The notes beneath the pieces are model-generated. The model made no database searches. It was given only the letters and a program-made list of their open reading frames with translations, and was not told where the DNA came from. A DNA stretch of 64,000 nucleotides, taken from contig JAFSGP010000012.1 of the NCBI GenBank assembly GCA_017440755.1, forward strand, positions 2,283 to 66,282. The letters run 5' to 3'. Origin of the DNA: Clostridia bacterium (GTDB lineage: Bacteria; Bacillota; Clostridia; Oscillospirales; Acutalibacteraceae). Positions 34,137-42,822 of the stretch are shown here, one piece after another; the first letter of the stretch is position 1; each line of letters starts with the position of its first letter. The translations under genes were made by a program, and so were the position numbers.

Positions 34137-34763
34137 ATGGCAAGCGAAAAGGTATTGCAAGAAAAGCAGGCCTACGTTTCTGAGCTGGCTGATCAGCTGT
34201 CCAAGGCGACTACCGGTGTTATCGTAAGTTACAGCGGTATCAACGTGGAAGAGGACACCGCTCTGCGTCGTAAGCTGCGCGAGGCCGGTGTGGATTACGC
34301 GGTCGTGAAGAACACGATGCTGCGCCGCGCCGCCGAGGCCGCCAACCTGAACGGTCTGGACGACGTCCTGCATGGCTCCACCGCTCTGGCCACCAGCGAC
34401 GATTACACCGCCGCTGCGAAGATTCTCTGTAAGTATGCTGAGGACAGCAAGACTTTCGAGATCAAGGCCGGTTTCATGGACGGTCAGGTCATCGACGCCG
34501 CTAAGGTAAACGAGCTGGCCAAGCTGCCCTCTAAGGAGGGTCTGCTGTCTATGTTGCTCAGCGTGCTGAACGGACCCATCCGTGGTCTGGCTGTGGCGCT
34601 GAACGCCGTAGCAGAGAAGGGCGAGTCTGCTGACGAAGCCCCCGCCGAGGAGGCTGCCCCCGCCGAGGAGGCCGCTGCTGAGGCTCCCGCTGAGGAAGCT
34701 GCTCCCGCTGAGGAGGCTGCTCCCGCCGAGGCTCCCGCTGAGGAGGCTCCCGCTGCTGAATAA
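34137..34763 (+). CDS. rplJ: 50S ribosomal protein L10 with an Ala/Glu/Pro-rich C-terminal tail
   Basis: GGAGGTGA RBS. MASEKVLQEKQAYVSELADQL. The last approximately 45 residues are AEEAAP-type repeats. Confidence 0.9.
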   Translation: MASEKVLQEKQAYVSELADQLSKATTGVIVSYSGINVEEDTALRRKLREAGVDYAVVKNTMLRRAAEAANLNGLDDVLHGSTALATSDDYTAAAKILCKYAEDSKTFEIKAGFMDGQVIDAAKVNELAKLPSKEGLLSMLLSVLNGPIRGLAVALNAVAEKGESADEAPAEEAAPAEEAAAEAPAEEAAPAEEAAPAEAPAEEAPAAE

Positions 34764-34825
34764 TCGGCAGTTACCACAACCCGCTTGACGGGTACATTAA
34801 AATGAACGTATTGGAGGAATAAATC

Positions 34826-35200
34826 ATGTCTGAGAAAATCACTGCTATGATCGAAGAGATCAAGGCTCTGACCGTTCTGGAGCTGTCCGATCTGGTCAAG
34901 GCTATCGAGGAAGAGTTCGGCGTTTCCGCCGCCGCTCCTGTTGCTGTTGTTGCCGGTGGCGCTGCTGCCCCCGCTGCTGCTGAGGAGCAGACCGAGTTTG
35001 ACGTTGTTCTGGTTGACGCCGGCAGCGGCAAGATCGGCGTTATCAAGGTTGTCCGTGAGCTGACCGGCCTGGGCCTGAAGGAGGCTAAGGATCTGGTTGA
35101 CGGCGCTCCCAAGCCCGTTAAGACCGGCATCTCCAAGGACGAGGCTGAGTCCATCAAGGCTAAGCTGGAAGAGGCTGGCGCTAAGGTCGAGCTGAAGTAA
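34826..35200 (+). CDS. rplL: 50S ribosomal protein L7/L12
   Basis: [33 protein letters not shown]...KVELK. Confidence 0.95.
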   Translation: MSEKITAMIEEIKALTVLELSDLVKAIEEEFGVSAAAPVAVVAGGAAAPAAAEEQTEFDVVLVDAGSGKIGVIKVVRELTGLGLKEAKDLVDGAPKPVKTGISKDEAESIKAKLEEAGAKVELK

Positions 35201-35221
35201 TCTTTCACCGAATCCGAATGA

Positions 35222-35255
35222 GCGGCGGTTGCGATTTTCGCAACCGCCGTTTTTC
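35222..35255 (+). terminator. intrinsic terminator
   Basis: GCGGCGGTTGCG-atttt-CGCAACCGCCG followed by TTTTTC. Confidence 0.75.
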
Positions 35256-35288
35256 TATGGATATCGCCGGCAACCACAAACCGCATAT

Positions 35289-35490
35289 CGTAGGGGAGGG
35301 GCTTGCCCCTCCCGCATAATGGCTCCCACGGGCGAACGCAGTTCGCCCCTACGATCTACCGCCTACAAAGCGGAACGGATAAATCCGTTCCCTACGGTTT
35401 TCATTTTTATCTCTGACCCGTAGGGGAGGGGCTTGCCCCTCCCGTATAAATACAAGCAACAATCGTAGGGGCGGGCGCCCTCGACCGCCC
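35289..35490. repeat. REP-like hairpin units (array E, five units)
   Basis: CGTAG-GGGAGGGGCTTGCCCCTCCC occurs twice (35289, 35419). Also GGGCGAACGCAGTTCGCCC-CTACG (35330), GGAACGGATAAATCCGTTCC-CTACG (35372) and CGTAG-GGGCGGGCGCCCTCGACCGCCC (35464). Confidence 0.65.
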
Positions 35491-35512
35491 GTTTTCAATC
35501 ATATAACCAAGC

Positions 35513-35550
35513 AAAAAAGGACAGCTGATTACCAATCAGCTGTCCTTTGT
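35513..35550. terminator. bidirectional terminator
   Basis: AAAAAAGGACAGCTGATT-acc-AATCAGCTGTCCTTTGT. Confidence 0.65.
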
Positions 35551-35561
35551 CCGTATGTTCC

Positions 35562-36335
35562 TTATCTTACAATGTCGCCCACGTCGTTCAGCACATACTT
35601 GGGGCGGTAGGGGAACCGGTCGATGGTCTCACGGGTGGATACACCGCTGAGCACCAGCACCGTGTCCACGTTGGACTCGATGCCCGCAATGATGTCGGTA
35701 TCCATACGGTCGCCGATGAAGGCAATCTCCTCACTGTGGCACCCCAGCTTCTTCAGCCCGTGGCGCAGCATCAGGGGGTTGGGCTTGCCCACAAAATACG
35801 CCTTTTTACCGGTGGCAATCTCGATGGGGGCAATGAGGGAGCCGGTGGCGGGCATCACGCCCCGCTCGGTGGGACCGGTGATATCGGGGTTGGTGCCGAT
35901 GAGCTTGGCGCCCTTGTTCACCAGCTCGATGGCTTTCTCAATCTTCTCGAAGCTGTAGGTGCGGGTCTCGCCCACCACCACGTAGTCGGGGTTTACGTCA
36001 TTCATATAGATGCCCACGTCGTACAACGCCTTGGATAGCGCCGCCTCGCCGATGACGTAGGCGGTGCAACCGGGGGCCTGACTGTGCAGGAAGGCGGCGG
36101 TCGCCATGGCGCTGGTATAGAAATTCCCCGCAGGCACCGTCAGACCCATGCGCTCCAGCTTCATGCTCAGCTCGTGGGGGGTCTTTTCGGGGCTGTTGGT
36201 GAGGAACACAAACTTCTTATCGTTGTCTATCATCCAGTTGACGAAATCCGCCACACCGTCCAGAATGCGGTTGCCGTGGTAGATAACACCGTCCATATCG
36301 CAGATGAAACCGACCTTGTTGCGAATGTTTTCCAT
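35562..36335 (-). CDS. HAD-IIA family hydrolase (NagD-like sugar phosphatase)
   Basis: GFICDMDGVIYHG motif I and the later GDRMDTDI motif. Confidence 0.8.
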   Translation of the reverse strand: MENIRNKVGFICDMDGVIYHGNRILDGVADFVNWMIDNDKKFVFLTNSPEKTPHELSMKLERMGLTVPAGNFYTSAMATAAFLHSQAPGCTAYVIGEAALSKALYDVGIYMNDVNPDYVVVGETRTYSFEKIEKAIELVNKGAKLIGTNPDITGPTERGVMPATGSLIAPIEIATGKKAYFVGKPNPLMLRHGLKKLGCHSEEIAFIGDRMDTDIIAGIESNVDTVLVLSGVSTRETIDRFPYRPKYVLNDVGDIVR

Positions 36336-36353
36336 AGAATGCCTCCTTCAGGC

Positions 36354-36764
36354 TTATTTCTCAGCGGTATCCAGGCTCTTGCCGAACACCACAAACCGCT
36401 GAAACAGATACTCGGTGACAAAATTGACCAGCATGGTGAGAATCAGCACCACGTACTCGTTCCAGCCCACGCGGTCGGTGAGCACCGCCGTCCACCAGGT
36501 GGACAGGGGGGTGAACACCACGTAGAACAGCGCCACCTTCAGCATGGCGACGGGGATATTAGCGGCGGAGTGGAAGGTAAACTTGCGGTTGAGGGTGAAA
36601 TTCCACACCACCGACAGAACCAGGGCGATAAGATAGGACAGCCAGTGGGTCAGATGCAAAACCTCTTCCAACAAGGTAAAGCTGACCACCTGAATGAGTC
36701 CCGCGCTGATGGAAAACAGCACGAATTTCAGGCTGCGAACAAATTCATTGTTTTTATGCGCCAT
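36354..36764 (-). CDS. GtrA-family membrane protein
   Basis: 136 aa with four hydrophobic segments. FVLFSISAGLIQVVSFTLL...NFVTEYLFQRFVVF is typical of GtrA-like proteins. Confidence 0.75.
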   Translation of the reverse strand: MAHKNNEFVRSLKFVLFSISAGLIQVVSFTLLEEVLHLTHWLSYLIALVLSVVWNFTLNRKFTFHSAANIPVAMLKVALFYVVFTPLSTWWTAVLTDRVGWNEYVVLILTMLVNFVTEYLFQRFVVFGKSLDTAEK

Positions 36765-36913
36765 GCGACCTTCCTCCTTGCATAAAAGAAACTTTCTTGG
36801 TTAATTATAAATAAATACGCGGCAAAAAGCAAGAAAAACTTTCCTTGCGGACGGTTGCACAGCGGGGAAATCCGTGCTACAATGGGAGCAGTAACAAGGG
36901 ACGGAGCGTGGCT

Positions 36914-37846
36914 ATGAACGGGGTATATATCGGACTGGGCATTCTGTTGGCCGTGGGCGTTTTGGTGTTGGGGGCGGCATATCTTTGCTTCCACCTCGCC
37001 TTTTTCGTGCCTCGCCGCCACACGAGCAGTGATGAAATTGAGTTGCCCAAAGGAAAAATTTACGAGCCCTATTATGACAGTATGACTGTGTGGGCGCGGC
37101 AAACGCGGGAGATGCCCTATGAGGAGATGTGTATTACCTCCTTTGACGGGCTGCGCCTGTACGGAAAATACTACGAATATGCGTCCGATGCCCCGATTGA
37201 ATTGATGTTCCATGGCTATCGGAGCAGCGCCCAGCGGGATTTGTGCGGCGCTGTACAGCGGTGTCGGGAGTTGGGCCACAGCGCCCTGATTGTAGACCAG
37301 CGGTGCAGCGGCCGCAGCGAGGGGCGGGTAATTACCTTCGGCGTGCGGGAGCATCGGGATTGCCTGAGCTGGTTGGCATTTATGGGCGAGCGGTTCGGTC
37401 CGGAGGCAAAAATCATTCTCACGGGCATTTCTATGGGCGCCGCCACGGTGCTGATGACGGCGGATAAGCCCTTGCCGCCTACGGTTATCGGCATTTTGGC
37501 GGACTGTGGCTATTCCTCGCCGCGGGATATCATTCGCAAGGTGATTCGGCAGTTGCATCTACCCGTATGGCTGTGCTACCCCCTTGTGCGGCTGGGCGCG
37601 CGGTTGTACGGCGGATTCGACCCCGAGGCGGATTCGCCTGCGCAGGCGGTGGCACATAGCACTCGTCCCATTCTTTTTTTCCACGGGGAGACGGACGATT
37701 TTGTCCCCTGCGAGATGAGTCACACCCTGTACGATGCCTGCCCCGCCGAAAAGCGGCTGGTAACGATACCACAGGCGGGTCACGGGCTGTGTTACCTGAT
37801 GGACACCCCCGGCTATATGCGTGCCGTGCGGGAGTTTTTCCACTAA
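36914..37846 (+). CDS. alpha/beta hydrolase with N-terminal membrane anchor
   Basis: GISMGAAT nucleophile elbow (GxSxG), C-terminal HGETDDFVP and GHG. Confidence 0.8.
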   Translation: MNGVYIGLGILLAVGVLVLGAAYLCFHLAFFVPRRHTSSDEIELPKGKIYEPYYDSMTVWARQTREMPYEEMCITSFDGLRLYGKYYEYASDAPIELMFHGYRSSAQRDLCGAVQRCRELGHSALIVDQRCSGRSEGRVITFGVREHRDCLSWLAFMGERFGPEAKIILTGISMGAATVLMTADKPLPPTVIGILADCGYSSPRDIIRKVIRQLHLPVWLCYPLVRLGARLYGGFDPEADSPAQAVAHSTRPILFFHGETDDFVPCEMSHTLYDACPAEKRLVTIPQAGHGLCYLMDTPGYMRAVREFFH

Positions 37847-37880
37847 TAAAGGACCGAGCAGAGGCTCGGTCCTTTTTGTT
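37847..37880. terminator. bidirectional terminator
   Basis: AAA-GGACCGAGC-agag-GCTCGGTCC-TTTTT. Confidence 0.7.
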
Positions 37881-39258
37881 ACTTTTTCGATTTACGCACC
37901 GCCGCACCAATTAGCATAATGCCGGCGAACACGATGCAGTAGAACAGCACGGGGAAGGAAAACCGCCCTTCCGCCTTGGCTTGCAGATAGGGAACAATAC
38001 CGTGGGCATATACCGCCGCAAACACCATAAACAGGCAGGAAAGAATGGCGGCAGAGGGCAGTAAAAATCGCTTGACAAAGCCCTGCTCCTTTTCCTTTTT
38101 CATCCAAGCGATGAAAATCGGCACGTACAATGCGTAGATGGTGACGATGGGCAGCTCCGAGGAATCAAAGTTGAAATACCCGAACCAACCGCCGCCCAAA
38201 TTGGCGCCGTAGAAATACACCAGCCACGCGCTGCACACCAGCAGACCCCAGATAGCGGAGTTGGTCACCATGTTGGTGGAGGGGTCCACCTGCGCAAATA
38301 GTTTGGGACGGGGTCCTTCGCCGCGGGAGGCGATGGCGTACATACCGCGGGTCGCCCCTACCATCAGTCCGTTGAGGGTACCCAGACAGGATACCACAAT
38401 GCAGATATTGAGGAACGTACCGCCCACACCGCCGAAAATGTGGATAAAGGCGGTAGTCGCGCCTTCAGTGATGAGCACCGCATTGGTGGCACCACCCGCT
38501 ACGCCGATGTAGTACAGCACGTAGGCGGCCACCACGATAAAGGCGCCGATAACCAGCGCCAGCGGCAGGTTGCGCTTGGCGTTTTTCAGTTCCGCATTGA
38601 TGGAGGTGGCAACAATCCAGCCCTCATAGGCAAACACCGTGGCCACAATGGCGGCAAACAGCCCGCCGTCCTGTCCCGCCACCTCGTACACAATGGTGGT
38701 AAAATTGGTGGGGAGGGTGCCGTTCACTAACCCTACGATGGTGCCGACCACCGCCATCAGGCAAATGGGGATGAGCTTTACTACGGTGCAGCTGACCTGA
38801 AATTTTCCTGCCAGCTTGGGGGAGAAAGCGTTGAGGGCGTAGGAGGCAATGAGCAGGAACCCCGCCAGCGTCAGCACCTCGGCGCCGGCCATATCCCAGC
38901 CGAACAGAACCCCCAGATAGCGGGCGGATACCCACGCCAGCACCGAGGTCATACCGGGGTAGTAGACGTTGGTGAGGAACCATGCCAGGTAGTAGGCAAG
39001 CCCGCTGCCGCAGGTGGCCTCTGCGTAGTCCACCACGCCGCTGACCTTTTCGTATTTGGTCGCCATGGAGGCGAATTGCAGGGAGCAAAGAATCATCAGC
39101 GCGCCGGTGATTACCCAAGCGATGATGCCGAGAGGCATATTGCCGCCTGTGGCGCTGAGCACGTTCTGTGCCTTAAAAAACACACCGGAGCCAATGACCG
39201 TTCCTACCACCATACAGATAGCGGTGGGTAGCCCATATCGTTTGTCGAGTTTCGCCAT
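37879..39258 (-). CDS. APC-superfamily amino acid permease
   Basis: MAKLDKRYGLPTAICMVVGTVIGSGVFFK, with about 12 hydrophobic segments. Confidence 0.85.
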   Translation of the reverse strand: MAKLDKRYGLPTAICMVVGTVIGSGVFFKAQNVLSATGGNMPLGIIAWVITGALMILCSLQFASMATKYEKVSGVVDYAEATCGSGLAYYLAWFLTNVYYPGMTSVLAWVSARYLGVLFGWDMAGAEVLTLAGFLLIASYALNAFSPKLAGKFQVSCTVVKLIPICLMAVVGTIVGLVNGTLPTNFTTIVYEVAGQDGGLFAAIVATVFAYEGWIVATSINAELKNAKRNLPLALVIGAFIVVAAYVLYYIGVAGGATNAVLITEGATTAFIHIFGGVGGTFLNICIVVSCLGTLNGLMVGATRGMYAIASRGEGPRPKLFAQVDPSTNMVTNSAIWGLLVCSAWLVYFYGANLGGGWFGYFNFDSSELPIVTIYALYVPIFIAWMKKEKEQGFVKRFLLPSAAILSCLFMVFAAVYAHGIVPYLQAKAEGRFSFPVLFYCIVFAGIMLIGAAVRKSKK

Positions 39259-39366
39259 ATAAAATCCATCTCTTTCTCGCGAAGTTGTCTCATTCATTAT
39301 ACTGTATGCGTGGGGATTTGTAAATATTTAATTGTAGCTGGAGAGGTTCTGTTCGCTAAAATCCAC

Positions 39367-39396
39367 TTGACAGTCCGCTGCCCACGGCGGTATACT
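39367..39396 (+). promoter_or_regulatory. putative promoter
   Basis: TTGACA, 18-nt spacer, TATACT. Confidence 0.5.
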
Positions 39397-39443
39397 GATA
39401 GCAAAGTGGGGCGACCTGCATTTGAACAAAAGGAGTGTTTACC

Positions 39444-39932
39444 ATGGCGGACGAAAAGAAGTTGCGGGAGGCACAGGTGGTTTACGAGAGCATCTGCTCC
39501 ACCTATGAAGAGCAGGGGCTAAAGTTCAAACGGCACGACGAGGACTTTGTCATCACCCTCGGTATGAGCGGTGAGGATATCCCGATGGAGTTTGTGATGC
39601 AGGTGTGCGCCGAAGCGCAAATTGTGCGGCTGTACTCCCGCCTGCCGGTGTCAGTGGGGGAGGATAAGACTGTAGAGATGGCGCTTGCTACGGTGTACGC
39701 CAACAGTAAGATACTCAATGGCGCTTTTGACTACGACCTGCAGGAGCGCACTCTGTCCTTTAACATGTTCACCGCCTACCACGGCTCTATTCTGGGCGGC
39801 GAGGTGTTTTCGTATATGCTGGGCACCGCCGCCGGCACGGTGGATCGGGTTAACGACCTGTTCCTGATGCTGGGCAAGGGAATGATCACCCTGGAGCAAT
39901 TCCTGGAGAGAGTGAACGGGCTAATGGAATAA
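39444..39932 (+). CDS. YbjN-like (putative sensory transduction / chaperone-like) protein
   Basis: AAGGAG RBS. 162-aa soluble acidic protein. The assignment rests on overall pattern only. Confidence 0.45.
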   Translation: MADEKKLREAQVVYESICSTYEEQGLKFKRHDEDFVITLGMSGEDIPMEFVMQVCAEAQIVRLYSRLPVSVGEDKTVEMALATVYANSKILNGAFDYDLQERTLSFNMFTAYHGSILGGEVFSYMLGTAAGTVDRVNDLFLMLGKGMITLEQFLERVNGLME

Positions 39933-39935
39933 GGG

Positions 39936-39968
39936 AAAAGCATCGACCTTACGGTCGGTGCTTTTTTG
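39936..39968 (+). terminator. intrinsic terminator
   Basis: GCATCGACC-ttac-GGTCGGTGC followed by TTTTTT. Confidence 0.7.
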
Positions 39969-39980
39969 CGGAGGGGAAGG

Positions 39981-40060
39981 TGACACCCATCTGACACCAA
40001 TAAAGTGATTTGACACCCTATTTGACACCCATAAACACGGTTATTTTCCCTTATTTTCCC
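39981..40060 (+). repeat. iteron-like direct repeats
   Basis: TGACACC(C) occurs four times at 39981, 39992, 40011 and 40023 (spacing 11, 19, 12 bp). TTATTTTCCC occurs twice in tandem (40041-40060). An AT-rich tract follows. Confidence 0.45.
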
Positions 40061-40085
40061 TACTATTTTTGTTTTTGCGAAAAAA

Positions 40086-40134
40086 GAAAAAGTGCTGAAA
40101 ACCCAGTAAAACATAGGGTTTTCAGCACTTTTTC
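40086..40134. terminator. long hairpin (bidirectional terminator-like)
   Basis: GAAAAAGTGCTGAAAACCC-agtaaaacata-GGGTTTTCAGCACTTTTTC. Confidence 0.5.
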
Positions 40135-40154
40135 TTTGGCCCGCCCGGAGGGAT
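40135..40154 (-). repeat. 20-bp exact copy of the tRNA-Arg 3' end (att-like direct repeat)
   Basis: TTTGGCCCGCCCGGAGGGAT at 40135-40154 is identical to 40329-40348, which is the CCA, acceptor and T-stem of the tRNA. Confidence 0.6.
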
Positions 40155-40289
40155 ACAGCCACTTCGGCTACGCCTCGTGTCTTGCGTCCTTGCGGCATAG
40201 CCGCGGCGGACTTCGCGACGAAAAACAGTCCACCGGACTGTTTTTTCAACGTCGCTCACCCTCTCAGGGTTCGAATCCCTCCGAGCAGA
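40155..40289 (-). other. tRNA-derived structured relic between the direct repeats
   Basis: Inverted T-arm fragment CAGGGTTCGAATCCCTCCG (40265-40283) and nested helices GCGACG..CGTCGC, AAAAACAGTCC..GGACTGTTTTT and GGCTATGCC/GGCGTAGCC. No cloverleaf forms. Confidence 0.35.
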
Positions 40290-40330
40290 AACAAAAACAC
40301 CTCGCACAAAAGTGCGAGGTGTCCTTGTTT
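40290..40330. terminator. hairpin terminator downstream of tRNA-Arg
   Basis: ACACCTCGCAC-aaaa-GTGCGAGGTGT with T-runs on both strands. Confidence 0.6.
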
Positions 40331-40407
40331 TGGCCCGCCCGGAGGGATTCGAACCCCCGGCCTTTGGAATCGGAATCCACTGCGATATCCAGCTTCGCCA
40401 CGGGCGG
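40331..40407 (-). tRNA. tRNA-Arg (anticodon CCG)
   Basis: Manual cloverleaf: CCGCCCG/CGGGCGG acceptor, D-arm GCGA-AGCTGGATA-TCGC (A20), anticodon loop TTCCGAT, T-arm GGGGG-TTCGAAT-CCCTC, G73 and encoded CCA. Unusual C1-G72 pair and G27xA43 mismatch. Confidence 0.75.
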
Positions 40408-40432
40408 ATATGGTGCTTCCAGAGCAGATATC

Positions 40433-40461
40433 ATTGTACACTACTTTGTCTGTGTTTGCAA
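40433..40461 (-). promoter_or_regulatory. putative tRNA-Arg promoter
   Basis: On the minus strand: TTGCAA, 17-nt spacer, TACAAT, about 25 nt before the mature 5' end. Confidence 0.5.
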
Positions 40462-40522
40462 GAGGAAATTTGTATTTTTCGAAAAAATCCCGCAGAGAGA
40501 GGGGACAAGCGGACTTTTGCCA

Positions 40523-40552
40523 TTGACAAAACTGCCTGTATGGCTGTATACT
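40523..40552 (+). promoter_or_regulatory. putative glutamine synthetase promoter
   Basis: TTGACA, 18-nt spacer, TATACT. Confidence 0.55.
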
Positions 40553-40604
40553 TATGGAATAACAATGGGATAGCTTATCCCAACCCCGTTAGGAGTGAGC
40601 AACT

Positions 40605-42701
40605 ATGAAGGATATTCCCGCTTTGTTTGGCTGCATGGTGTTTAACGACAAAGTGATGCAGGAGCGGCTGTCGAAGTCTGCCTATCAGGCGGTAATGCGT
40701 ACCAAGGAAGATGGGCGCAGTCTGGACCCGTCTGTGGCGGCGGAGGTAGCCTCCGCTATGAAGGACTGGGCGATTGAAAAGGGTGCCACCCATTTCACCC
40801 ATTGGTTCCAGCCCATGACCGGCATCACGGCGGAAAAGCACGACAGCTTTATTTCTCCTACCGCGGGTGGACAGGTGATAATGGAGTTCTCCGGCAAGGA
40901 GCTTATCAAGGGTGAGTCGGACGCTTCCTCCTTCCCCTCGGGCGGTCTGCGCGCCACCTTCGAGGCGCGGGGCTATACCGCGTGGGACGCCACCTCCTAT
41001 GCTTTTATCAAGGACGACACCCTGTATATTCCCACCGCCTTCTGCTCATACGGCGGCGAGGCGCTGGATAAAAAGACCCCCCTGCTGCGCTCCATGGAGG
41101 CGCTGAACAAGCAGGTACTGCGGGTGCTGCGGCTGTTCGGGCACGAGAACGTGACCATGGTGCGTACCACCGTGGGACCTGAGCAGGAGTATTTCCTTAT
41201 CGACAAAGAGATGTACGACCGCCGCAAGGACCTGATTAATACAGGACGCACCCTGTTCGGCGCTCGCCCCTCCAAGGGACAGGAGCTGCACGACCACTAT
41301 TACGGCGCAATTAAATCTCGCGTGGCCGCCTATATGCGGGACCTGGACGAGGAATTGTGGAAGCTGGGCGTGCTGTGCAAGACGGAGCACAACGAGGGCG
41401 CTCCCGCCCAGCACGAGATGGCGCCTATCTTCAACACTGCTAATATCGCCGCCGACCACGACCAGCTCACCATGGAGCTGATGAAGAAGGTAGCGGCGCG
41501 GCATAATCTGGTCTGTTTGTTGCACGAGAAGCCCTTTGCAGGCGTCAACGGCAGCGGCAAGCATAACAACTGGTCCATTTCCACCAATACGGGTGTGAAC
41601 CTGCTGGAGCCGGGCGACACCCCTCACGAGAACGCCCAGTTTCTGCTGTTCCTCTGCGCCGTTATCAAGGCGGTGGACGAGTACCAGGATATGCTGCGCG
41701 TGTCCATCGCTTCTGCGGGCAACGACCACCGTCTGGGGGCGCAGGAGGCGCCGCCCGCCGTGGTGTCCATTTTCCTCGGCGACGAGCTGACCGCCATTCT
41801 GGAGAGCCTCGAGAACGGCACCGCTTACGCCACCAAGGAACAGGTGCAGATGCGGGTAGGCGTGCATACCCTGCCCCGTTTCCCCAAGGATACCACCGAC
41901 CGCAACCGTACCTCTCCCTTTGCCTTTACGGGTAATAAGTTCGAGTTCCGTATGCTGGGCTCTTCTCAGCCCGTGTCCGAGCCCAACGTGGTGCTGAACA
42001 CCGCCGTGGCGTCGTCTCTGGACGAGTTTGCCACCGAGCTGGAGGGGGCGGAGGACTTTAACGGTGCTCTGGGCGCGCTTATCCGCCGTGTTATTAAGCA
42101 GCATAAGCGTATTATCTTCAACGGCAACGGCTATGACGAGGCGTGGACCGAGGAGGCAAAGCGCCGTGGCTTGCTGAATCTGCCTACCACGGCGGATTGT
42201 CTGCCCTGTTACATCCTGCCTAAGAATATTGCCCTGTTTGAGAAATACAAGGTCTACTCCGAGGCGGAGATGCGGTCCCGCTACGATATTTACCTGACCA
42301 ACTATGCCAAGGTGATGCACATCGAGGCACACACGATGGTCAGCATGGCGCAGAAGGATATTGTCCCTGCGGTGATTCGCTACGGACAGGAGCTGGCGCA
42401 GGCAATCTGCGCCAAGCGGGCGGCGATGCCCGATCTGCCGCTTACCGCGGAGGAAACCCTGCTCACCGAGGTAAATACCCTCACCAACGAGTTATCCACC
42501 TGCCTTGCCGCTCTGCGGGAGTGTCTGGCGGTGGCGGAGCAGCCTGACAGAGACCCGCTGGCATTGGCGGAATATTACCGCGACGTGGTCATTCCGGCGA
42601 TGAATGCCCTGCGTGCCGCCGCTGACGGTCTGGAGATGCTGGTGGCGAAGGACCTGTGGCCCTTCCCCTCCTACGGCGATATGCTGTTCTCGGTACGATA
42701 A
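40605..42701 (+). CDS. glnN: type III glutamine synthetase
   Basis: 698 aa. The N-terminus [28 protein letters not shown] and the central catalytic region are typical of GSIII from anaerobes. Confidence 0.9.
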   Translation: MKDIPALFGCMVFNDKVMQERLSKSAYQAVMRTKEDGRSLDPSVAAEVASAMKDWAIEKGATHFTHWFQPMTGITAEKHDSFISPTAGGQVIMEFSGKELIKGESDASSFPSGGLRATFEARGYTAWDATSYAFIKDDTLYIPTAFCSYGGEALDKKTPLLRSMEALNKQVLRVLRLFGHENVTMVRTTVGPEQEYFLIDKEMYDRRKDLINTGRTLFGARPSKGQELHDHYYGAIKSRVAAYMRDLDEELWKLGVLCKTEHNEGAPAQHEMAPIFNTANIAADHDQLTMELMKKVAARHNLVCLLHEKPFAGVNGSGKHNNWSISTNTGVNLLEPGDTPHENAQFLLFLCAVIKAVDEYQDMLRVSIASAGNDHRLGAQEAPPAVVSIFLGDELTAILESLENGTAYATKEQVQMRVGVHTLPRFPKDTTDRNRTSPFAFTGNKFEFRMLGSSQPVSEPNVVLNTAVASSLDEFATELEGAEDFNGALGALIRRVIKQHKRIIFNGNGYDEAWTEEAKRRGLLNLPTTADCLPCYILPKNIALFEKYKVYSEAEMRSRYDIYLTNYAKVMHIEAHTMVSMAQKDIVPAVIRYGQELAQAICAKRAAMPDLPLTAEETLLTEVNTLTNELSTCLAALRECLAVAEQPDRDPLALAEYYRDVVIPAMNALRAAADGLEMLVAKDLWPFPSYGDMLFSVR

Positions 42702-42702
42702 A

Positions 42703-42738
42703 GAAAAGCCGACCTGCTGGCAGGTCGGCTTTTTTTGC
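42703..42738 (+). terminator. intrinsic terminator
   Basis: AGCCGACCTG-ctgg-CAGGTCGGCT followed by TTTTTTT. Confidence 0.75.
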
Positions 42739-42748
42739 GGGTATCGGC

Positions 42749-42773
42749 GGGCGATTCGTGAATCGCGACTACG
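42749..42773. repeat. single REP-like unit
   Basis: GGGCGATTCGTGAATCGC-GACTACG. Confidence 0.55.
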
Positions 42774-42822
42774 CATTCCTAATTCCTCATTCTTTGGATA
42801 TACTACCAAGGGAGGTGGGAGA

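Noticed and set aside
34484-35286. Minus-strand ORFs opposite the rplJ tail and rplL
   Set aside because: These are antisense to ribosomal protein genes. The Ala/Ser-rich products derive from the GCT/GAG repeats.
40200-40290. A plus-strand tRNA ending at GGGTTCGAATCCCTCCGAGCAGA, or a tmRNA/SRP RNA
   Set aside because: No complementary 5' acceptor strand (CTGCTCG) lies within 100 nt, the T-stem has a mismatch, and there is no CCA. tmRNA and SRP signature sequences are absent. It is interpreted as an inverted tRNA fragment.
40553-40604. Glutamine riboswitch or T-box upstream of the glutamine synthetase gene
   Set aside because: The leader is only about 50 nt with one small hairpin. It lacks the glnA-motif or T-box hallmarks.
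40010-40608. Track ORFs across the tRNA-Arg region (products containing ARRDSNP and GFEPPAFG-type strings)
   Set aside because: These are the familiar spurious translations of tRNA genes and their fragments. The region is non-coding.
41046-42332. 428-aa minus-strand ORF inside the glutamine synthetase gene
   Set aside because: It is an antisense artefact. The plus-strand GSIII frame is unambiguous.
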